Source: a virus
Lineage: Duplodnaviria > Caudoviricetes
Reading direction: 5' to 3' (one strand)
IMG/VR virus record: IMGVR_UViG_3300031949_000103
Location: 1-37,185 of that record
DNA length: 37,185 bases
Shown here: positions 7,419 to 16,241 of the stretch, in pieces
Position numbering within the stretch: position 1 is the first letter of the stretch
How the letters are laid out: each line of letters opens with the position of its first letter
Translations under genes and position numbers: made by a program
The notes under the pieces: generated by a model
Databases searched by the model: none
Seen by the model: only the letters and a program-made list of their open reading frames with translations
Told to the model about the DNA's origin: nothing

Positions 7419-7822
7419 GGCGTCACCTCGGCCGTGACGTTGCCGCCCTCGCCGCCCTTGGCGAGCCAGGCGCCGTACTGCTTCTCGGTCAGGTACTTCG
7501 TCGAGGTGACCGGCACGCCGACCAGCGGGATCAGCTCCAGCTCGTCAACGCCGTCCTGCTCCCACGGCCACTCGGTCTCCTGGGCTTCGGTCAGGCCCAC
7601 GGCGTACGCGATGCCGAAGGTGCCGCCGCCGTTGGTGACGATCAGCAGGCGGTGCTCCACCCACCTACGGGTGCGGTCAAGCTGGTCGGCAAGGCGCTTC
7701 CACTCGCCGTGGGTCTTCTCGTCGCCGGTGTACTCGCCGTCCTCCAGCTCGTACAGCTCGGCGGCGATCTCGGCCGGGATCTTGCGGCCCGTGATCGGGC
7801 CGTCGTCGAAGGTTGCGGGCAT
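7415..7822 (-). CDS. acidic hypothetical protein
   Basis: SD GAGGAG; YAVGLTEAQE..PWE motif. Confidence 0.8.
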   Translation of the reverse strand: MPATFDDGPITGRKIPAEIAAELYELEDGEYTGDEKTHGEWKRLADQLDRTRRWVEHRLLIVTNGGGTFGIAYAVGLTEAQETEWPWEQDGVDELELIPLVGVPVTSTKYLTEKQYGAWLAKGGEGGNVTAEVTP

Positions 7823-7825
7823 GCT

Positions 7826-8629
7826 CTACTCCTCGTTTCTGCAGTGGATGTGGCGGAGCCCGTCCGGGTCGTCGCCGGGCGCAAACTCGTACGCCTCGCC
7901 GCGCCGGATCTCCTGGTCGCAGCGTTCGCAGTCCCGGCCGCCGTCGTGGGCGACGATCCAGCCGTGCGCGGTGCGCAGCTGCTCCAGCTCGGTGTGCAGG
8001 TCGCGGACCACGCGGGCCCGGATCTCCGCGTTCCCGCGCTTGTGCTCCAGCTCGGTGCGCGCGGACGTCAGCTCGGCGCGGAGCAGGTCGATCTGGTCGG
8101 CCGCCGCCGCTTCCGACGCGCAGACCCGTCGGTACGCCGCGATGGCGTACTCGATCGTGGTCTCCAGGTCCGGGCAGGAGTCGCCGTCGAACTCTTCGAT
8201 GCAGAGCGCCTCGTAGGCCGCGTGGAACCTTGCGACCCACCCGGCCACGGCGGTCGCCAGTTGGTCGCGTTCCTGGGCGACGCGGGCTGTCTCGGCGGTC
8301 GCAGAGTCGTACAGGGCGGCCATCTCGGTCAGCGTGCCCCGCACCGCGTCCATCTCCTGCTCGACGCGACGCAGCCGGGCCGAGGTGGACTCGCCGCCCG
8401 GCATCAGCGGCGGCAGATTGAGGGCGGCGCGCCACTCGGCGGTGGTGACGTCGCCGAGCTTGCGGGCGCCCTCCGGCGCGGCCCCGGACAGCTCGACACC
8501 CTGGAGCGCGGCGGAGGCCTTCAGGTCCGCGCTGAAGTCCAGGCAGCCGCAGAACCGGCACTGCCGGCGCGTGCGGATGTGCTCGGACTTCAGGTGCCCG
8601 CACACGCAGACGTAGACGGGGGCGGTCAC
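7826..8629 (-). CDS. coiled-coil protein with N- and C-terminal zinc fingers
   Basis: CVCGH...CRFCGC; heptad-rich middle; CERC...HIHC. Confidence 0.8.
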   Translation of the reverse strand: MTAPVYVCVCGHLKSEHIRTRRQCRFCGCLDFSADLKASAALQGVELSGAAPEGARKLGDVTTAEWRAALNLPPLMPGGESTSARLRRVEQEMDAVRGTLTEMAALYDSATAETARVAQERDQLATAVAGWVARFHAAYEALCIEEFDGDSCPDLETTIEYAIAAYRRVCASEAAAADQIDLLRAELTSARTELEHKRGNAEIRARVVRDLHTELEQLRTAHGWIVAHDGGRDCERCDQEIRRGEAYEFAPGDDPDGLRHIHCRNEE

Positions 8630-8808
8630 GACGCCTCACCCCGGTTAGCCCGGCGACCGCGCACCACGCGGTTCCAGTGCGGCTCCTCGCGCGGGCTCTG
8701 GTCCACCGAGTTGACGCACGGCTTCCCCGGCCCGGCCGCGCACCCGCGCAGCCCGCACACGACCAGCAGCGCGTCGGCGATGTTCTGGTCCTCGCCCGTC
8801 GCGCTCAT
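8626..8808 (-). CDS. small zinc-finger protein
   Basis: C...CAAGPGKPC...H..R, a motif typical of actinophage zinc fingers. Confidence 0.75.
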   Translation of the reverse strand: MSATGEDQNIADALLVVCGLRGCAAGPGKPCVNSVDQSPREEPHWNRVVRGRRANRGEAS

Positions 8809-9308
8809 CGGCCGCTCACCGCCCCGGCCAGCTTCTCCAGCGCGGCCACCTGCACCGCCGGCAACTCCACCACCGGCTCGCCCAGCAACTGCAGACCAGC
8901 CGCCCGCAACCACCACGCGTCCACCTCGTCGTTGTTCGCCGGCTCCAGGCCGGTCCGCTTGAACAGGGCCATCGCCATCGCCGTCTTGTCGGCGGCGGCC
9001 TTGCCCGTCGCGAACCGCTTCAGGACGGTCGGATTCACCGCCACGTACCGCAGGTCCTGGGTGAGCAGCGCGACCCGCACAGCACCGTGGACCATGTGCA
9101 CGGCCTTGATCGCCGGGCCCTTCAGGCCGGGCGGCGCCTCCTCGATGACGACCAGGTCCGCGCCGCGAGTGCTCACCGCGACGGCTGCGACGATTTCGAT
9201 CAGGCGGCGGTCGCCGACGTCGCGGGTCCGCACCGTCCACGTCTTGCCGTCGGCCTCACACACGCCGGTCGAGGTCATCGACAGATCCAACCCAACGACG
9301 GCGGTCAT
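8805..9308 (-). CDS. RuvC-like Holliday junction resolvase
   Basis: VVGLDLSMTSTG, LVVIEE, LKRFATGKAAADK, NNDEVDA. Confidence 0.9.
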   Translation of the reverse strand: MTAVVGLDLSMTSTGVCEADGKTWTVRTRDVGDRRLIEIVAAVAVSTRGADLVVIEEAPPGLKGPAIKAVHMVHGAVRVALLTQDLRYVAVNPTVLKRFATGKAAADKTAMAMALFKRTGLEPANNDEVDAWWLRAAGLQLLGEPVVELPAVQVAALEKLAGAVSGR

Positions 9309-10144
9309 GACGGCTCGCCGCCGTCCGGCACCGGGGCGACAGCCGGCCACTCCTCGGCCGGGGCGTCGTCGAGGACCTCGCCCTCCAAGACGTCACTCCG
9401 GGGCTGGTGACCGACAGCGGAAGGCCGCGGCGTGGCCGGTCGGGGAGCGGCGGCGGGCACGGCTCCGGAGCGGGCAACCTCGCGCCGGTACTCGGTGCTC
9501 GACGGCACCCACTTCTCCAGCTCGTGCGCGCCGCACTTCAACCACATCGACGTCTCCCACTTCTTCCACGGGGAGTCGCCGCGGGCGTTGGACGGGTTCA
9601 TGTCGCGGTGCTTCAGCACCTCCTCGCGGTCGAGCTCGACGACACGGGAGATGCCGCCGGCGGCCATCAGGGCGTAGGCGTAGACGCCGACGAGCGGGCC
9701 GCGCTGCTCAGCCGGGGCGAACCGCGGGTAGCGGTGCACCACCGAGGGCATGCCCTCCTCGTACTCGTAGAAGTCGTTCTCCCGGACGACGGCGGCCCGC
9801 ACCGACTGGACGGCCCCGGCGCGGTAGATGCGCTCGATGACGCCCCGGTAGCCTTCCCAGCCTTCGATCGCGCCCTTGATCGGGACGAAGTAGTAGGCGG
9901 GGGTGCCGGGCTCGTGGCCGAGGCGGGCGCAGTCGAGCATCGCGGCCATGAGGGACTGCGGGTTGCCGGCGGCGGCGGCCATTAGCTTGTCGTCGCGGCG
10001 CAGCACGCCCTGGGCGAGGCGGACGAACGAGGCGGGCGGCAGGTGCGACGGGAGGACGGCGGCGAAGTCGTCGCGGTAGTTGGCGATCAGGGCGGCGGGT
10101 GACTTCTCCCGCTGGACGACGGCGTTACTCACGGTCTCAGACAT
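9305..10144 (-). CDS. recT: RecT-family single-strand annealing protein
   Basis: NPQSLMAAMLDCARLGHEPG, YFVP, GYRGVIE, SPW...MWLK. Confidence 0.92.
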   Translation of the reverse strand: MSETVSNAVVQREKSPAALIANYRDDFAAVLPSHLPPASFVRLAQGVLRRDDKLMAAAAGNPQSLMAAMLDCARLGHEPGTPAYYFVPIKGAIEGWEGYRGVIERIYRAGAVQSVRAAVVRENDFYEYEEGMPSVVHRYPRFAPAEQRGPLVGVYAYALMAAGGISRVVELDREEVLKHRDMNPSNARGDSPWKKWETSMWLKCGAHELEKWVPSSTEYRREVARSGAVPAAAPRPATPRPSAVGHQPRSDVLEGEVLDDAPAEEWPAVAPVPDGGEPS

Positions 10145-11123
10145 AGGTGGTCTCCAGGTTCTTGCCGGGGTTGAGCCGGTCGGTGATCGGGAAGCCGTCG
10201 TCGAGGGCGAGCAGCTCGTGCTCGTCGTCGGACCGGCGTTCGAAGATCGAGCGGGACGCGACGAGGCGCTTGCCATAGACGGCCCGGTTGAAGTCGGAGC
10301 CGAGCGCAGCGCGGATCTCCGCCTCGCAGGCGGCGACCCGGTCCTTGGCCTCGTCGCGGTCCAGGCGGGCCAGGCGGTACCGCTCGGCCAGCTCCAACGG
10401 CACCTGCACGTCGCCGTCGCCCACGTCGGGGTGGAGCTTCCGCAGCGCGCCGATCGTCGCGTCGTGGCCGTCCAGGTCGGGGGCGTCGCCCTCCTCGATG
10501 CGCCGGCGCAGGTCGAGGCCGGCGGCCCGCATCAGCTCCAGGTCGGCCACGGCCCGGTCGTCGAGGTGCACGACGTAGGCACGGAACCCGCCCGGGCCGA
10601 GCGCGGCGACGTAGACGGTGTCGACGCCGAGGACGTCGGCCTGCCACAACGCCTGGGCCCGGTAGTAGACGGGGATCTCGTCGGTGCCCTCCTCGCCCCA
10701 GCCGTCCCACGACGGCGCGGCCACCCACTTGCACTCCAGCAGTGCGGCGAGACGGGATACGCCGGGCCTGCCCTCCACGTATCGCCTGACCAACCGGTCC
10801 GGGGTGGCCAGCTGCCACGGCCGGTCCGGGTGCGCGTACAGCCCGGCAGGGCGCAGCACGAGGTTCTCCAGCGGGTCGTTCTCGGCAATCCACCACTCGG
10901 CGATGGCGTCCTCAAGGTGCCGGCCGCCGGCGGTGTACTCGTTGCCGTCGTCGCGCCAGCCGTTGAGCTTCGACCAGTAGAGGTTGAACGCGGAGTCCCA
11001 CTTGCTCAGGCCCATGACCGCGGCGATCTCCGACGCGGTGACCCCGGCCCGCCGCAGCTCATGCCAGCGCGGGTTGTCGGGGCCGGTCTCGGCCGGCGGG
11101 AGCAGCTCGATCGGCTCAGGCAT
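10137..11123 (-). CDS. YqaJ-family (lambda exonuclease/RecE-like) 5'-3' exonuclease
   Basis: WHELRRAGVTASEIAA, GRHLE, ATPDR, LECK, YYRAQALWQ. Confidence 0.92.
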   Translation of the reverse strand: MPEPIELLPPAETGPDNPRWHELRRAGVTASEIAAVMGLSKWDSAFNLYWSKLNGWRDDGNEYTAGGRHLEDAIAEWWIAENDPLENLVLRPAGLYAHPDRPWQLATPDRLVRRYVEGRPGVSRLAALLECKWVAAPSWDGWGEEGTDEIPVYYRAQALWQADVLGVDTVYVAALGPGGFRAYVVHLDDRAVADLELMRAAGLDLRRRIEEGDAPDLDGHDATIGALRKLHPDVGDGDVQVPLELAERYRLARLDRDEAKDRVAACEAEIRAALGSDFNRAVYGKRLVASRSIFERRSDDEHELLALDDGFPITDRLNPGKNLETTYV

Positions 11124-11436
11124 CGTCGGCCACCAGTTCCGGCCACTCGCCGTCGTCGAACCGGATGGTGAAGTCCGCGACCGGGCCCGGCGTCGGCACA
11201 GACCGCTCCTCCTGGTCGACGACGATGTAGTCGGGGGCGACGTACGGGCCGACGAACCCGAGCGTGCGCAGCCAGTTCGCGATCGGGCAGTGCTCGGCGT
11301 TCTCCCGCGCGCCTCGGCAGCCTTGCGCTCCGAGTCGTGCGGCGATGGCGTCGGCGGTGCCGGGCAGCGCGTTGAGCGCCTCGGTCAGGCTCAGCACGGC
11401 GGCGCCTCCCGCGACTCGAAAGACCTGCCGGCTCAC
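11116..11436 (-). CDS. hypothetical protein
   Basis: CPIANWL...FDDGEWPEL; coupled to neighbours. Confidence 0.75.
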   Translation of the reverse strand: MSRQVFRVAGGAAVLSLTEALNALPGTADAIAARLGAQGCRGARENAEHCPIANWLRTLGFVGPYVAPDYIVVDQEERSVPTPGPVADFTIRFDDGEWPELVADDA

Positions 11437-11768
11437 GACTCGGCCCGCCCGTCCCCGACCTTCCGGAGCCCGGCCAGGATGGCGTCGTGCTCGGCGGTCA
11501 TCCGCTCGTCGAGCAGCAGGGTGATCGCGGTGAGCCGGTCCTCCTGGCGGAGGCTGCCGGCGAGGTCAGGGCGGTCGTCGGAGAGTGCGTCACGCAGCCC
11601 GTCCCAGATCGTGTTCACCCACCGCTCGACAACCTCGGGCGGCTCGCCCAGCGTCATGGCGACCTTGCAGGAGGCGCCGTCGTGGACGGCCTTGTCCAGC
11701 ACCGCCTTGACGCGGGCGTCGTGTTCCTTCTGGGCCCGGTCCTCATCGGGCGTGCGGTACTCGGTCAT
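11433..11768 (-). CDS. hypothetical protein
   Basis: TGATG overlap; MTEYRTPDED... Confidence 0.75.
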   Translation of the reverse strand: MTEYRTPDEDRAQKEHDARVKAVLDKAVHDGASCKVAMTLGEPPEVVERWVNTIWDGLRDALSDDRPDLAGSLRQEDRLTAITLLLDERMTAEHDAILAGLRKVGDGRAES

Positions 11769-12040
11769 CAGGACACCGCCTTGTGGTAGTTGATCCGGCA
11801 GTCGGTCTTGGCGAGGAACGCGGCCAGCACGGTGACCTCGTCGCGGGTGGACAACGGCCGCAGGACCGGCCACAGGTGCAGCACCTGGTGTTCGTCGAGG
11901 GCGGGTAGGACGTGCAGGCCGTCACCGGCCAGGCTGGCGGCGATGGTGTAGGCCTCGGCGGCGGTGAGCGGGTGGGCGATGACGCCGACGTACGCGGTGT
12001 GGCCGATGCCGCTGGTCGGCGGAAACACGACGGTCTTCAC
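11768..12040 (-). CDS. hypothetical protein
   Basis: SD GAGGT; GTGA overlap. Confidence 0.7.
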   Translation of the reverse strand: MKTVVFPPTSGIGHTAYVGVIAHPLTAAEAYTIAASLAGDGLHVLPALDEHQVLHLWPVLRPLSTRDEVTVLAAFLAKTDCRINYHKAVS

Positions 12041-12246
12041 GGCGCCACCTCGCATCTGCCCTCGCCGTGACCGGCGAGCTGGTCCTCGGCGTCGGTATCC
12101 ATGTGCTCGCAGCCCTCTTCCTCGCACCAGTAGCCAGCGACGGCGTTCTTCTTGCAGCGCGGGCAGCGCGTCATCACGATCGACGTCCGGTGCGGCGTCT
12201 CGGGGCCCTGCTCGTGCTCCTTGGCGCAGACGAAGGCGAAGCTCAC
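12037..12246 (-). CDS. small Cys-rich protein
   Basis: CPRC...WCEEEGCEH; GTGA overlaps. Confidence 0.65.
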   Translation of the reverse strand: MSFAFVCAKEHEQGPETPHRTSIVMTRCPRCKKNAVAGYWCEEEGCEHMDTDAEDQLAGHGEGRCEVAP

Positions 12247-12593
12247 GACTCGGCCCGCCTGTCCGCCGCGATGCGGTCCCGTTCGCGCTGCGCTTCCCGC
12301 GCGATGCGGTCCAGCTCGCGCAGGTACGCCGCGTACCGGCGGTTCTCGAAGCCCCGCCCAGTCAGCGCCCGCCCGGTCGCCAGGTGCTCGCCGGTGGCCA
12401 CGTCGTCCACCGACCACACCCAGCGGCGCCAGAAGCCGACGTAGCCGCCACCGAGGCTGAGCTGGGAGCGGGCCTCGGCATGGGCCATGCGACCGGCACG
12501 CTGGAAGGCGGCGGTCAGCGGGTCGGGGGTGAGGTACGACCGGCCGAGCATCCGGCGGGCGTGCTTCTCGGCGCTGCGGTGCGTGGCGGTCAT
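12243..12593 (-). CDS. hypothetical protein
   Basis: Coupled ORF. Confidence 0.7.
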   Translation of the reverse strand: MTATHRSAEKHARRMLGRSYLTPDPLTAAFQRAGRMAHAEARSQLSLGGGYVGFWRRWVWSVDDVATGEHLATGRALTGRGFENRRYAAYLRELDRIAREAQRERDRIAADRRAES

Positions 12594-12913
12594 GACGTCA
12601 CCGCCGGGCGCGGGCCGAAGTACTCGGCGACCAGCCAGCCGAGCGCGATGCGGTCGTTGGTCCCCTCGAACAGCTCGTGCCCGTCGGTCTCGCCGCTCTC
12701 GTCGTACTCGATGCCGAGCAGCTCAACGGCGCGGCGCGACACCGAGAAGGCGAAGGGCTCCTTGTCGCCAGAGAGCAGGCACGCCCAGCCCGCGAAGCAG
12801 GCGGCGGTGCCGCAGTCGGTCTCCTGGGTCCACTTCATCTGGTTCCACAGTTCGGGGTGTGCGTCGATCTGGTCCAGGACGCGCCACGCCAGCTCGGCGT
12901 TCGGCGCGGTCAT
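12590..12913 (-). CDS. conserved actinophage protein (CGTAACFAGW motif)
   Basis: IDAHPELWNQ..W...CGTAACFAGWA. Confidence 0.8.
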   Translation of the reverse strand: MTAPNAELAWRVLDQIDAHPELWNQMKWTQETDCGTAACFAGWACLLSGDKEPFAFSVSRRAVELLGIEYDESGETDGHELFEGTNDRIALGWLVAEYFGPRPAVTS

Positions 12914-13236
12914 CGGACCTCACCCCGGCGGGCGTGGCGCTTCACGATGACTTCCAGTTCGGTTTCCTGCTCGGGCGTGAGCCTCGGCGACGTGACGACC
13001 AGCTTCGGCATGGGGCCGCGTTCCGTGCGGGCGGCGTCGGTGAGCAGCTGCCCCGCGAGCAGCGCGCAGACCCAGATCGCGGCGACGATCAAGGCCTGCG
13101 CCCACCACGACTCGGCCTCGGCGAACCAGGAGCCCAGCGAGATGGCGACGGCCAGCGCGGCGGCGGCGAAGGCCTGCCGGACCAGGCGCCCCATCGGGGG
13201 CAAGGTCGCGGCGACCTTAGCGAGGAACTTGATCAT
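12910..13236 (-). CDS. membrane protein (two predicted TM helices)
   Basis: AFAAAALAVAISLGSWF and WWAQALIVAAIWVCALLAG. Confidence 0.75.
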   Translation of the reverse strand: MIKFLAKVAATLPPMGRLVRQAFAAAALAVAISLGSWFAEAESWWAQALIVAAIWVCALLAGQLLTDAARTERGPMPKLVVTSPRLTPEQETELEVIVKRHARRGEVR

Positions 13237-13691
13237 CGGGTCACCGCCAGCAGCAGCACGCCGACCACGACGATGGCCGGCGCGAACACCCCGGCGCCGA
13301 GCGCCATCCACACCCAGGGCGCCACGTGCGACAGCGGCCGGTGCCTGCCCTGCGCCCACAGCGGCGTGTGGTCCTCGACCACCGGCGCCGGCATCACGGC
13401 GGCCAGGTCAATCACCGGCTGCGTCTCAGCGTCCTCGGCGTCGTCGTGCGCAGACCAGCCGGCGAGCGGGGCGAACTCCTCCTCCTGCTCCGACTGCCGG
13501 CGCATCAGGTCGGCCAGGGTGACGTCCTCCCACGACGGCTGAACAAGGTCCGGCGAACCGGCATCCGGGCGTGGGACCCACCCGGCGGTGTAGACGGTCC
13601 CCGGCAGGTACGGGGCGATGCGGATGGTGAGGGTGTCCGCGGGGTCGGCGTGGATGTCCCCGGTATCGATCGGGCTGAGCGTGCTGGTCAT
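13233..13691 (-). CDS. membrane-anchored protein (C-terminal TM, GRHR motif)
   Basis: Acidic body; WVWMALGAGVFAPAIVVVGVLLLAV. Confidence 0.75.
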   Translation of the reverse strand: MTSTLSPIDTGDIHADPADTLTIRIAPYLPGTVYTAGWVPRPDAGSPDLVQPSWEDVTLADLMRRQSEQEEEFAPLAGWSAHDDAEDAETQPVIDLAAVMPAPVVEDHTPLWAQGRHRPLSHVAPWVWMALGAGVFAPAIVVVGVLLLAVTR

Positions 13692-14098
13692 CGCGCACCG
13701 CCCTCGGCCTCGGTGACGCTGATGTCGAAGCCGTACGCGTAGTAGAACGGGTTCCCGGACGACCACCCCACGGTCAGCTCCAGCACGTCGCCGAAGTCGG
13801 CGTAGACGTGCCAGGTCGTGTAGCCGCCGGTCGTCCCGACCCCGGTGATGATGTGGTCAACCCGCTCCGGGTGGAGCAGGAACGAGGCGAGATCGGTGTG
13901 GGCGCAGCAGTCATCGGTGTCGGCCAGCTCGACGCGCTTGCCGTTGTCGAGCGTGATCGTGAACGTGCTGCCGTCCTGCTCGGCGGAGGCGATCCGGTGG
14001 CCCACAACGTGCTCGCGCAGCGCGGCCACGTTGCTCGGCATCGTGCCGTCGTCGTCATCGGGGTGGAGCTTCTCTTCCGCGTACCTGTCAGTGGTCAT
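13688..14098 (-). CDS. conserved actinophage protein (resembles DUF7448)
   Basis: VVGHRI..., LADTDDCCA, WSSGNPFYYAYGF. Confidence 0.8.
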   Translation of the reverse strand: MTTDRYAEEKLHPDDDDGTMPSNVAALREHVVGHRIASAEQDGSTFTITLDNGKRVELADTDDCCAHTDLASFLLHPERVDHIITGVGTTGGYTTWHVYADFGDVLELTVGWSSGNPFYYAYGFDISVTEAEGGAR

Positions 14099-14131
14099 CT
14101 ATGTCTCCCGTGCAGAAGGTGCAGGTGGGGT

Positions 14132-14174
14132 GGTCCGGGGCCGCGAGCACGGAGGACACTCGCGGCCCCGGACC
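14132..14174. terminator. 16-bp perfect hairpin (terminator or processing site)
   Basis: GGTCCGGGGCCGCGAG-N11-CTCGCGGCCCCGGACC in an intergenic gap. Confidence 0.6.
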
Positions 14175-14222
14175 GGGGTGGAGGATCGGCGTAAGCCCTA
14201 GGAGTGCCGCCGATCCCCGGGA

Positions 14223-15311
14223 TCAGGCGTCGGTCGGATCGGTGCAGCTGCTCGGCCGGTGGTCGACGATCGTGTCCGCGCTGTCACCCCGAACCGACGC
14301 GAACGCGTAGACCGGGCATCCGCACTCGGCCTTGCTGATCGGCTGGTGGGACAGCTCGTGCACAGTGCAGAAGCCGGGGTCGCCGACAAGGACGCACGCC
14401 TGCGTTACCGGCCGGGGGAAGTGCTTGGCCGCCTCGCGGCGCTTGTACTCCTTACCAGCGAGGAACCGGGCCAGGTTCGGGTTGTGGACCCTCCCGGCCT
14501 CGCCGGCGCGCAGGCCCCGGATCACGGCCCACTTGGCGCGGTCGTTGTCGTCGGCGAGGGCCTCGGCGTGGGCCAACTCCAGCGCGGCCCGCCGCGCCTG
14601 CTCGTCGAACTCGTCCACGCCCTTCAGCGCGAAGACCATGCCGCCGTCAGGCGTCGGGGCGATGTACGCCAACTCCGGCACCCGTCCGCCCTCGGGGTGG
14701 CCGTCGACACCGGCCGGGACCGGGACGACCACGGTCGACTCCGGCTCACGGGAGTAGGACAGGCCGTCGTCGACGGGCTTCGCCTTGGGACGCTTCTCGG
14801 CGTACGCGATCCAGGTGACATGCAGGCCCCGGTCGGCGGAGTCGTGGCCCTTCGGCCAGTCCACCGACCGATACCCGCCGACGCCCTCCTCCACCTCGAT
14901 ACCCAGCTCATGGGCGACCGCGGCCAGAGCGGCGACGTCGCCGAGCTGCTCGACGATGTGCATCCCGCCCCGCTGAACCGGGGCCGCGCCGGAGTAGATC
15001 AGCGACGCAAGCTCGCGGAGGTCCTCGCTGACCTTCAGGCGCGCCGCGTGCTCGCGCACCTTGGCCACCTCGGCGTCGGACGCCAGCCGGACCACCGCGT
15101 CAGGCTGCACGCAGTACCGCTCCGGCTGGTAGACGTCGCCGACGTTGATGAGCACCGACGCCTTGCGGCGGTCTCCGGGGCCGAAGACCTTCACGTGCAG
15201 GACCTCGCCGACACCCTCGGCGTCTTCATCGCCCAGGTCCTCGATGAGGATGTGGTCGCCGGGCTGGAGGTCGCTGGCGGGCTTGGTGGGAGGTAGGTTC
15301 TCGGTCATCAC
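14223..15311 (-). CDS. hypothetical protein (362 aa; N-terminal SH3-like ASDLQPGD segment)
   Basis: Long GC3-rich ORF; SD GAAAGG. Confidence 0.8.
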   Translation of the reverse strand: MMTENLPPTKPASDLQPGDHILIEDLGDEDAEGVGEVLHVKVFGPGDRRKASVLINVGDVYQPERYCVQPDAVVRLASDAEVAKVREHAARLKVSEDLRELASLIYSGAAPVQRGGMHIVEQLGDVAALAAVAHELGIEVEEGVGGYRSVDWPKGHDSADRGLHVTWIAYAEKRPKAKPVDDGLSYSREPESTVVVPVPAGVDGHPEGGRVPELAYIAPTPDGGMVFALKGVDEFDEQARRAALELAHAEALADDNDRAKWAVIRGLRAGEAGRVHNPNLARFLAGKEYKRREAAKHFPRPVTQACVLVGDPGFCTVHELSHQPISKAECGCPVYAFASVRGDSADTIVDHRPSSCTDPTDA

Positions 15312-15393
15312 CTGATCAGGCCTTTCGTGAGAAGTGAGGTTGGATCTGGTGCGCGGGCTGTTCCGGGTTACGGCCGGGGCGGCCCGCAGCTGT

Positions 15394-15507
15394 TCAGGTC
15401 TTCGGCTTGCCGGGCCTCGGCTTCTTCGGGACCTTCGGCGGCTTCGGCCTCGACGGCGGACGCTTGTCCGGCGGCTTCGACCCGGTCAGCCACTCGATGA
15501 GCCCCAT
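15394..15507 (-). CDS. 37-aa Pro/Lys-rich micro-protein
   Basis: Hand translation: MGLIEWLTGSKPPDKRPPSRPKPPKVPKKPRPGKPKT. ATG abuts the previous TGA. Confidence 0.55.
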   Translation of the reverse strand: MGLIEWLTGSKPPDKRPPSRPKPPKVPKKPRPGKPKT

Positions 15508-15591
15508 TCAGGTCGGCTCCGGGTCGGGCGGCGGCATCGGCGGCGGAACCTGCGGACCGGTCGGGCCAGGCTGGAACCACTCGGCGGTCAC
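15508..15591 (-). CDS. 27-aa Pro-rich micro-protein
   Basis: Hand translation: MTAEWFQPGPTGPQVPPPMPPPDPEPT. GTGA overlap with the stop at 15588. Confidence 0.55.
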   Translation of the reverse strand: MTAEWFQPGPTGPQVPPPMPPPDPEPT

Positions 15592-16241
15592 GACGTGCCG
15601 CCGGGAGTTGCGCCCGAGCCGGCCGGCGGACAGTGCGCAGCACCAGCCGACTCGGGAACCTGGGGGGTGGTCACGTCCTGGTCAGCCTTGGGCTTCAGGT
15701 CCTCGACGCGTCGCACCTGCTGCGCGCTCTGCCATTCCGCGAGGAGCTGCGCGCCCCGGCGGGCGTTGATCCGGCGGAGCTGGTCCTCGTCGCCTTCCCG
15801 GCTGTTCTCCAGCTGCCACTGCGTCAGGTCCTCGCCGCTGGCGACGCCGAGTCGGACTCGCTCACCGCCGATCTTCAACGGCAGGTGGAGCAGCTCGAAG
15901 AAGTACTTCTTCCAGTCCTCGCCGTCGCCCCAGCCGAACGGAAGCTGACCCATCTCCGCGATGTTCCGCAGTTCCTTGTGGGTCCGCTTGACGGCCTGAC
16001 CCTCACGTCCGCGAACGCGTCGGCGGGCCGCGTCGGTGATCGCCTGCTCCGTCGTCTGGCACTGCAGTAGCGCCTCGCGGGCCTTGTCGAAGACCGGTTC
16101 CATCCAGTCCCGGTCTTCCTCGTCGTACCGTTCCGGTCGCGCGTCGGCGAGCCAGCCGTCGATCAGGTGGCCGAGCTGCTTGTCGGTCACCGTCTCGTCC
16201 GGCTCTTCGGGCTCGACGTCGAAGTCCTCGTTGTCGCTCAC
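15588..16241 (-). CDS. hypothetical protein coupled to the ParB-domain gene
   Basis: SD GGAGG, GTGA overlap; GQLPFGW motif. Confidence 0.8.
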   Translation of the reverse strand: MSDNEDFDVEPEEPDETVTDKQLGHLIDGWLADARPERYDEEDRDWMEPVFDKAREALLQCQTTEQAITDAARRRVRGREGQAVKRTHKELRNIAEMGQLPFGWGDGEDWKKYFFELLHLPLKIGGERVRLGVASGEDLTQWQLENSREGDEDQLRRINARRGAQLLAEWQSAQQVRRVEDLKPKADQDVTTPQVPESAGAAHCPPAGSGATPGGTS

